The notes under the pieces: model-generated
What the model was told of the DNA's origin: nothing
The model's input: only the letters and a program-made list of their open reading frames with translations
The model's database searches: none
Shown: positions 50,301 to 64,000 of the stretch, one piece after another
How the letters are laid out: each line of letters begins with the position of its first letter
How positions within the stretch are numbered: the stretch's first letter is position 1
Assembly (NCBI GenBank): GCA_040954595.2
Contig: CM082592.2
Coordinates: 5,114,506-5,178,505 of the forward strand
Direction: 5' to 3'
Source: Balanoglossus misakiensis
Taxonomy: Eukaryota; Animalia; Hemichordata
DNA length: 64,000 bases
Translations under genes and position numbers: made by a program

Positions 50301-53300
50301 AAACGTCAGTGCGCCCAAACCTTGTCCACTCTTAACAATTTCTTTGTGGCCAAAGCTTTACATGCCTTCCTATTGGTATGAACCGCCTCTCTTACAGGAA
50401 TAATTATGTTGCATGTTTCCATGCGGACACAGACTTGTATTAATTTCATCGCCTACTACAAAAATATATAGTACTTACGTATTTCACAAGTATCCCCTTC
50501 GTAAAGCCCCTCGCATATACAGATTTCATCATCTCCGGATATAACACAGAAGCCATTATTTTGGCAAGGGTTGGGAGTACAAAGAGTATTCCCTGGAAGA
50601 TAGCAAGGGGAATGAATTGTATTGAAGGAGAACGCATTGTTGACGGTAGGATGTCTTAGTACATATACCCAAAGTATTTTTTTGAAAAATAGTATATACA
50701 CAGTCACATGTGTACTAATTTGCATAATGTGTCTACATATTCCTCATCGCCAATTGACATAAAACAAATTACCACACCTTCTTCGCAGTTGATCCCAGAA
50801 AAGCCATGTGCGCATGTGCAGAAATATCCACCAGATTGGACAGGATGACGTTGACAGATTCCGCCATTTTGACACGGCTGGCTGAAGCATGCGTACACTG
50901 CAAGTGAACATCGAAAGCAACATTGACATAAGTAGAAGTTCATATTCACGGATAATGGAAAATTGCCATTTTCATCGAACTGAAAATGCGTATTAATGAC
51001 ATATAATAAAGCTTACCGTTTTGACAATGGTCGCCAGAAAAATACTGTAAACATGCACAAGTGTAGCCGCTCGTAGAATCTGGGTTTGGAAAACAGGTTC
51101 CGCCATTTTCGCAGGGTAGACTCTTGCAAGCGTTAACTAAAACATGAAAACAGCAGATTAAGGTATAAAAATGTGTTGAGAACATGCAAATTAAAGCAAT
51201 CTGCATAAGTAGGATGGTGCTTTGAACGAAATACCTTCCATTATGTTTACACTCAAAGTGGAACATCTTCTCTCCGTACATCGCAATATTCAAATGATGC
51301 AACAGGAAATAGCAGTAGCAAAGAATACCTTCTTATCTTAATAAATATCGCCAGAAATATGACCAATTTTTGTGAAATACTGGATGCAGTGTCATATAAT
51401 GAATGAATAAATCAGTCACCAACAGACGGTCACTGGGAAAGCACATGCAGTCACTCACATATTTCGCATCTGCCGCCTTCGTACAGTCCCTCGCAGATGC
51501 AGAATTCAGTGTTTCCAGATATAGCACAGATTCCATTGTTGAGGCATGGGTTCGTGTTGCAGGGTAAATTGCCTGTAAAATTAGTGCTATTCGCTTTATA
51601 TGACGTCATATTATAGCGTGACGTACATTTATCTCACAATTCTAGAATCTAAGCCTGTCAATTGACAGAAAAAGTTGAATATGACTTAATTTTCGATAAG
51701 CAAACATCACGAATAGTTAAGGAAGGATACATGGCATCAATGCATTAGTAATAATCCCCATAAAAAAATATGTTAAAACGAAAAGAGTATAGAAAGGCAA
51801 ACAACTACTTCAGTTTGGTCTATTTGAAAGTCTAGTTACACACACCTTGTTCGCAGTTCGTCCCAGCAAAGCCTTCTGCGCATGCACAGAGATATCCTCC
51901 TGATTGGACCGGATGTCGTTGGCAGGTTCCGCCATTTTGACAGGGCTGACTGAAGCACGCGTAAACTGAAAATAAATGTACCGATTAGAAGAAAAAAACG
52001 TCATCATACAGCTGTGTTCGGTTTTGAGGGGAAAGCTATCAAGGCATTGCAGACGGTATTATTCACAGAGAAATATGCGTGATTAACATTATCTTACCTT
52101 GTTCGCATTCGATACCAGAAAAGTACTGCGAACACATACACCTATATAATCTAGCCTGGTTTCCATCTTGAACACACGTCCCGCCATTCTTACACGGGTT
52201 GCTTTTACAAGGGTTGACTGAAACAAATTTGTATCGGAATACAGAAGGTGGTCAAATGACCGAGTGGCGTGTGGCTATTTTCATTAGACTTTGTGCCGGA
52301 AATTAATTCAGAAACACCATCTGTACATATCTGGGCAGGACATTACGTTAAAACATCTAAACAAAGCACCTTCTGGGTTATGTACTGTTCTATGCCGTCT
52401 TTTGAAATTATGAGTGGCCGCCATTTATCACCCCAAATTTTATCACCCTAACATGTAAATAATAGACCTCATATGCAATACTAACGACAATTACAGTTTT
52501 ATCAAAGGGCACTTTTTACAGAACGTTTTGATGGATGTTTCCAACAATCTTACATATGTTGATTGGTGTCGTTTGATTCAAATAACGATCGATTACTCAC
52601 ATATTTCACAAAAATTTCCTTCGTAAAGTCCCTCGCACATACAGAATTCATTCCCTCCGGACACAGCACATACGCCATTATTGAGACAGGGATTGGGATT
52701 GCATAGTGTACTCCCTAAAGAAGAAAACAGTTGATATATCATGCAATAATTAGTTAGTTATCGGTGTATATTGATAGTCCATTTTAAGACTAAAAACCAC
52801 GGTCGTGCAGTGTGTTACGTCCTTTACCTTGTTCGCAGTTGGTCCCTGAAAAGCCTTGTCTGCATGAGCAGAAATATGCTCCTGATTGGACAGGGTGTCG
52901 TTGGCAGATTCCGCCATTTTGACAGGGCTGACTGAAGCACGCAAACACTACAAATCAAGTGTGATAAAATACGGTTAACGTCATGATGTGATACGATACA
53001 ACAATTGATGCGGCATGGTATTTAGTGTTAATGTGTACAGTCATGTAGTGTGATAGACTGTGATATATGACACAACATAACAACATGAAAGACGGACATA
53101 AAACATAAGATAATATAACATAATATTTATCATTAAACAGAAAAAATATAAGCATATTAAGGAAACTCTTGCCATTTTGACATTGATCCCCGGAAAAATA
53201 CTGTGTACAGAAACATCGGTAACCATCCACTTGACTTTGGTCTTGAATACACGTCCCACCGTTTAGACAGGGCAGATTTTTACAGGGGTTAACTGTAACA

Positions 53301-56058
53301 AATGTATAGCACATTTTAAGAATACATTCAAATTCGCATACCTTAATAAATTATAGATAAAATTTACCATTATTTCTATGTACATGTAGTTGTAAGACAG
53401 ACCGCCTCAGACGGGTCAGAGTTGTAAAGTGTCAACTCACTCCAAACGTGTTCCAGTTTTTATATTCAGGTACAGATGTTGAGGACTAATATGCAAATTA
53501 TAATGGGCCCACAAATAAGAGGTTAATGTCTTTTGAAATGTTAATTAACAGTCTTACGTAATTATGCTCAAATATTGAACTCACAGATTTCGCATCGTTC
53601 TCCTTCGTAAGCGCCTTCACAGATGCAAATTTCATTCCCATTATACTCAGCACACACTCCGTTATTCTGACATGGGTTTGGACGGCAAAGCGAGCTGCCT
53701 GTAAGACAGAAGTCGTTATGATTGAAAATACTTAGGTTCATGAAAAGTTACAGATTATATTTGGATCGCCGTTAACCCTGTTATTTCGGCAAAATTAACA
53801 TATTTCGTGACATACGGGACAGTTACAGAAAGTTTTACACTAAATTAAAACACGACAGACTTGTAGGTAGCTCATGCGTTTCAAGTTAGAGTGCAGTTCC
53901 TTACCTTGTTCGCAGTTCGTCCCTGAGAAGCCTGAAGCGCATGAGCAGACGTATCCTCCAGCTTGAACCGGATTTGGTTGGCATATGCCGCCATTTTGGC
54001 AGGGTTGACTGAAGCATGCGTAAACTGACAAAAAACGAAAATAAGAAATCAGTACCTCGGAGTACTAGGGTGTATAACGTCCAACAAATCAAACAATTTC
54101 ACGATAATATTCAAGCCAAGAAAAACCCGTACCTTGTTCACATTCGTCTCCGGAGAAATACTGTGAGCATGAACACGTGAATCGTCTTGCTTGACTTTGG
54201 TCTGGGACACAGGTTCCACCATTTTTACAAGGTTGAGTCCTACAGGGATTATCTGTAACACGATGTGTATTCAGTTCAACTTTCATTAGTACAGTACTAT
54301 CATGCGCAAATTACCGTGCGCGATAGCCAATTATTTGAATACTCACATGTTTGGCAAATTTCTCCCTCGAAAGCGCCCTCACACATACAGATTAAGTTCC
54401 CTCCGGCCACGACACAGGTTCCATTATTCAGACAGGGGTTTGTATTGCAGAGTAGGCTACCTGCATGAAAGTTATTTGAAGAAAAAAAATATTTGTTTTG
54501 TGCAAACGTACTAGCAACCCCTTTAAACTGAAAAGTCATATCAGCCATTCTTCAATTTTAGATGATATAAACTGCGTTTCTGAGAGAAAAATCCTCTTGA
54601 ATTATTTTTTTTCAACGAATCGCTTACCTTGCTCACAGTTTGTCCCGCCAAAACCTTGTGTACATACACAGAGGTAGGTACCGGGTTGGACAGGATTGGG
54701 TTGACAGTTTCCGCCATTTTGACATGGCTGACTCAGACATGCATTAACTGTAATTTTTAGAGGAAATGAATTCATGTAAATAGCTTCCCATGTGGCATTG
54801 CTGTAACATTTTTGATTGACAACATCACAGGCCAATCACATACATTGTATAAACTTTAGAATCATTTTCACGGTGGGGGCGTTGTCGAATTCTCACCTTG
54901 CTCACACAAATCGCCTGAAAAATACAGCGAACAGCCGCATCTAAATCCGGTCGCTTGACTCGAATCTGGCAGGCAGGTGCCACCATTTTGGCACGGTCCA
55001 TTGCTACAATAATTGACTAAGAGAGAACAAATATAAACCGTAAAACATAATAGCAGACGATGAAAGTAGTTATGCGAGATAATTGTAAGATTTTCGTGGA
55101 GTTCGGAAAAAAATTCTATATCGGACATCATGGTAACTGTGGCCATATTTGAATAGGTGACCATATATCTTTAATGATAAATACTTACCGTTTTCACAAC
55201 GATCACCTTCGAAAGGAACTTCACATATACACATCTCGTTGCCATTGACAACACCACAGAGCCCGTTATTAAGGCAGGGGTTTGGATCACAAAGTGTGAG
55301 ATCTGGGGGAAAATGGCGGGAAGACAACATTGAACTTTGAACATCTTATACTAGTAGTCCACGATACATGTATGGATGTTCTCCCCTATAAATTGCATAT
55401 AGCCAAGCGATATCTTCAGGGTCTCGTCAATTCGGAAATTGGTCTATTGTAATAGAACAGGTTCATCTTTACTGAACCTGTCGCTATGTCTGAAACAGCA
55501 ATGTATGCCGTATAATCCAACGACAACTACCACTGTTTGCACACACATCTTACCTTGCTCGCAATTTATCCCCATGAAGCCTGATGCGCAAGCGCAGTAA
55601 TATCCACCAATCTGAAACGGATGGACAAGGCAAGTTCCACTGTTTTGACATGGCTGACTTAGGCATGCAACCACTGAAATGATATGGATGAATCTTTATT
55701 TAAGCCTTTGGTACAGTAGTATAAATGTTACTGGTAAAACGTGATACTAAGCTTTCATAGTGTACAACTGGGCAGTATATTGACATGCCGTTTACGATGC
55801 AACTAGTAGAAAATGTTTGCAACAGAAGGTTATACTTCTTATAGAAACTGTGATCCTAACACTGGGTCCATTAAACAAAACCAGGGGCAGAATAAACTGG
55901 TGGCCACGTGTATGAACGATAAGGCCGATGATGACGCGAATAATTACCTTGATCACAATCGTTTCCATAGAAACCATTTGTGCACTGGCAGGAATAGCCA
56001 GACACGTCCCCGACGCAGGTTCCGCCATTTTGACAAGGTTCAGTCAAGCAGGGATCAT
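40254..56058 (-). CDS. Poly-EGF cassette B: 50 single-EGF exons plus a terminal GPI-anchor-signal exon (no own start exon found)
   Basis: From 56058-55948 ([26 protein letters not shown]...) to 40580-40467 ([16 protein letters not shown]...), each ~111-135-nt exon encodes one 6-Cys EGF module flanked by phase-1 introns (hand count 50). Terminal exon 40333-40254: (L)[25 protein letters not shown], i.e. small residues, then a hydrophobic tail with no cytoplasmic part. Confidence 0.9.
47303..47347. repeat. (CTGT)n microsatellite
   Basis: About 11 CTGT units in an EGF-gene intron. Confidence 0.95.
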
Positions 56059-58158
56059 CTGTATAAACGTATATATTTTACTATTTAAATCATACCACAG
56101 CTGCACAGGTAATCTGCATATACCGCGTGTTCATGAGTCGGACTCGCTGACGTATATTTACTAAATTCGAGCTCGGGATCAGTACGTCACAATTACGTAA
56201 CACGCTACCAAGAAACCGTTAGACCAATTTTGATGACAAAAAATTGATTCCAAATCGGTTTAATTTATTATTTACAGAGTATCATAAAATCTTGCACCAT
56301 GGCTAAATATCAAACAAAAACAATTCATATCTCAATCGCATCTTTTATATGAAAATTTTATTGCTTTTGTGTTTGTTAAATATTGTAAATTTACAAATTC
56401 CACGTTTAAAAATTACAATGAAAAAGTGTTAATATTACGAACACCTACTGTACACCTATATCAAAATAAGTAAATTTACGGATGTGTTATAAAACATTTA
56501 TTGCTAAACGTCAACTGCTTTGCACGTGATCCTGGTTGATCTTTGTTAGCCTTGTGATTTATTCTGAAACAATTACATTGTGTAAATAATTATTATAATA
56601 CTGAAAACAATACGACTGACGCTGCAATTTGTGACATTGTTTGCATAATGCTTTTGTTTATCCAATTACTTACGTCAAGAAATTAACATAATCACATGAC
56701 TTTGGGCAGCATTATGTAGAAATCAACTTATCGAATCTTTTCCTACACGATTGAAATATTCTAAAATGTATGCATACGAGTCTTGTCGGCTTGATAGGTT
56801 ACATAGGACCTTACGTAATGTCCTTATCAAACCCATCAATTCTGACAACGTATATTTCTTCCTGTAAGGGAATCTGAACACAATCTCTTTGAGTTGCATT
56901 GATAATTACATATCTTTCCCCATTTCCCTCCAAATTGAGTTAAATCGACGATCCATTAAAACTGACCAGTAAAAGGTACCTCTTCGTACCTTTATTTTTT
57001 TGTACTAAAAAACTGCCAATATTCGTGGATTTTTGTGGAGAAGATCAGAGCTACCCACTGGAACGCTAGTTACGGATATTGTTTTTACAAAATAACATGC
57101 AACTTTTTCAGTTTCCCTTGCACGTATCCCATATAAACATACCACATTGAGAATAATCATCATAAATAATATTTGCGCACCGTTTAAATTAAATGCAGTT
57201 GATTATCCCTGTGCGCAATTTTCCTTAACATTAATCTCATGAAACTTCAGTAAATAACTGTTGGGTTTAAAGTGACCTGTTGCTTGCATAGAATGTTAAC
57301 ATTATATAATTATTTTTTGCAAAATAGTAAAAAAAAATGATTTTTGAAGAGAGACTCAAAGCGATGTAAGTTAAAAACTCTTGTGAGGTATGAGTGATAA
57401 ATATTCAAAGTCTGCCTGACAGTGCAGTATAATGCTGTATTAAATGGCGTGGGTGTACATACAATTCTTGATTGAAATGAGCTTGAAAATATTGGATGGG
57501 AATGTCAGGGTTCTATAGACAAGATTCTCTAAAAACGCGAGTTAATCAAGTAAGGAAAATAAAACTCAGTCTCATTTTCCAATCTGTTTGCAATGATTCT
57601 TTCAACAGAATTTCTTACTAATATGATCTCCTCGACATACATACAGGGGTTAAAAATGCATAATCAGCACAAACTGAAAAATCGAAATACGTCCACAGGT
57701 ACATATTTCGCTCAACTGATTTCACTCTCTTATGAGAATATTAAAAGTTACCATGGAAACATTGTCTCTTGTTTGATTTATGATATAATAGGGTCCAAAA
57801 CTCATAAATATGATTTTACTACCTATGTAAGTGATAAAAATCATCATATGGACGTAACGGAAAAAATATCAAAATGTCAAAAAGTTGAACGTGTTCTTTT
57901 TATACTAAATGTAATTACACAGACAGAACTTTAAGACAGAGAGAGAGGATATGAAAAACATGTAACATACCATATCTTCAAACTTTTACTATACAGTGAG
58001 TCGTCGACCTTTTTACCCACAATGCAATTATTTAAATGTGATTTGACCACCTAGCACGAAGTAAAAACCTATTTAAGGTAGCAAGAAATGCAAGAATAAT
58101 TGGTGTGAAAAAACAACCACCGGCGAAGTACAGCGTCTTCTGTCTATACGATTGCTGA

Positions 58159-63945
<5,787 letters not shown>

Positions 63946-64000
63946 CTGCAAAGAATATGGAAAGTAACATTGTGAAAAAAATAGAGCGTGGCGGCCATCT

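Noticed and set aside
56060-58158. Start or signal-peptide exon for EGF cassette B (e.g. exon-like segment ~56815-56861; 113-aa + ORF at 57593)
   Set aside because: No Met-initiated hydrophobic leader with a good donor; the region looks like an AT-rich 3' UTR with several poly(A) signals.

Overview
Eukaryotic (metazoan, probably marine invertebrate) genomic DNA with intron-rich genes; no prokaryotic features. (1) 1-17631: an 88-bp satellite array (~100 forward monomers, a fold-back inversion at ~8790-8801, ~94 reverse monomers, then ~5.5 copies of a diverged 88-bp relative). It ends 23 nt before a splice acceptor of (2) a nicotinic acetylcholine receptor alpha-subunit gene (+, last four coding exons 17655-19612), so the array appears intronic. 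(3) 20391-27810: two tandem minus-strand paralogs, hidden from the ORF track by micro-exons. They encode secreted precursors (105 and 218 aa) carrying one and four 4-Cys follistatin-N-terminal(FOLN)-like peptides, each preceded by a Lys-Arg site; this is the best candidate for an undescribed system. (4) A truncated Penelope-like insertion with a hammerhead ribozyme. (5) A STARD4/5/6-type START gene with one exon bracketed by an inverted repeat. (6) A secreted protein with an angiopoietin-like N-terminus and coiled coil but a non-fibrinogen C-terminal domain. (7) 40254-63945: 64 single-EGF phase-1 exons with two separate GPI-signal terminal exons, suggesting alternative short and very long GPI-anchored stalks. 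Also two TTAA-flanked MITEs and microsatellites. All gene models were built by hand from splice signals and frame continuity; no searches were run.
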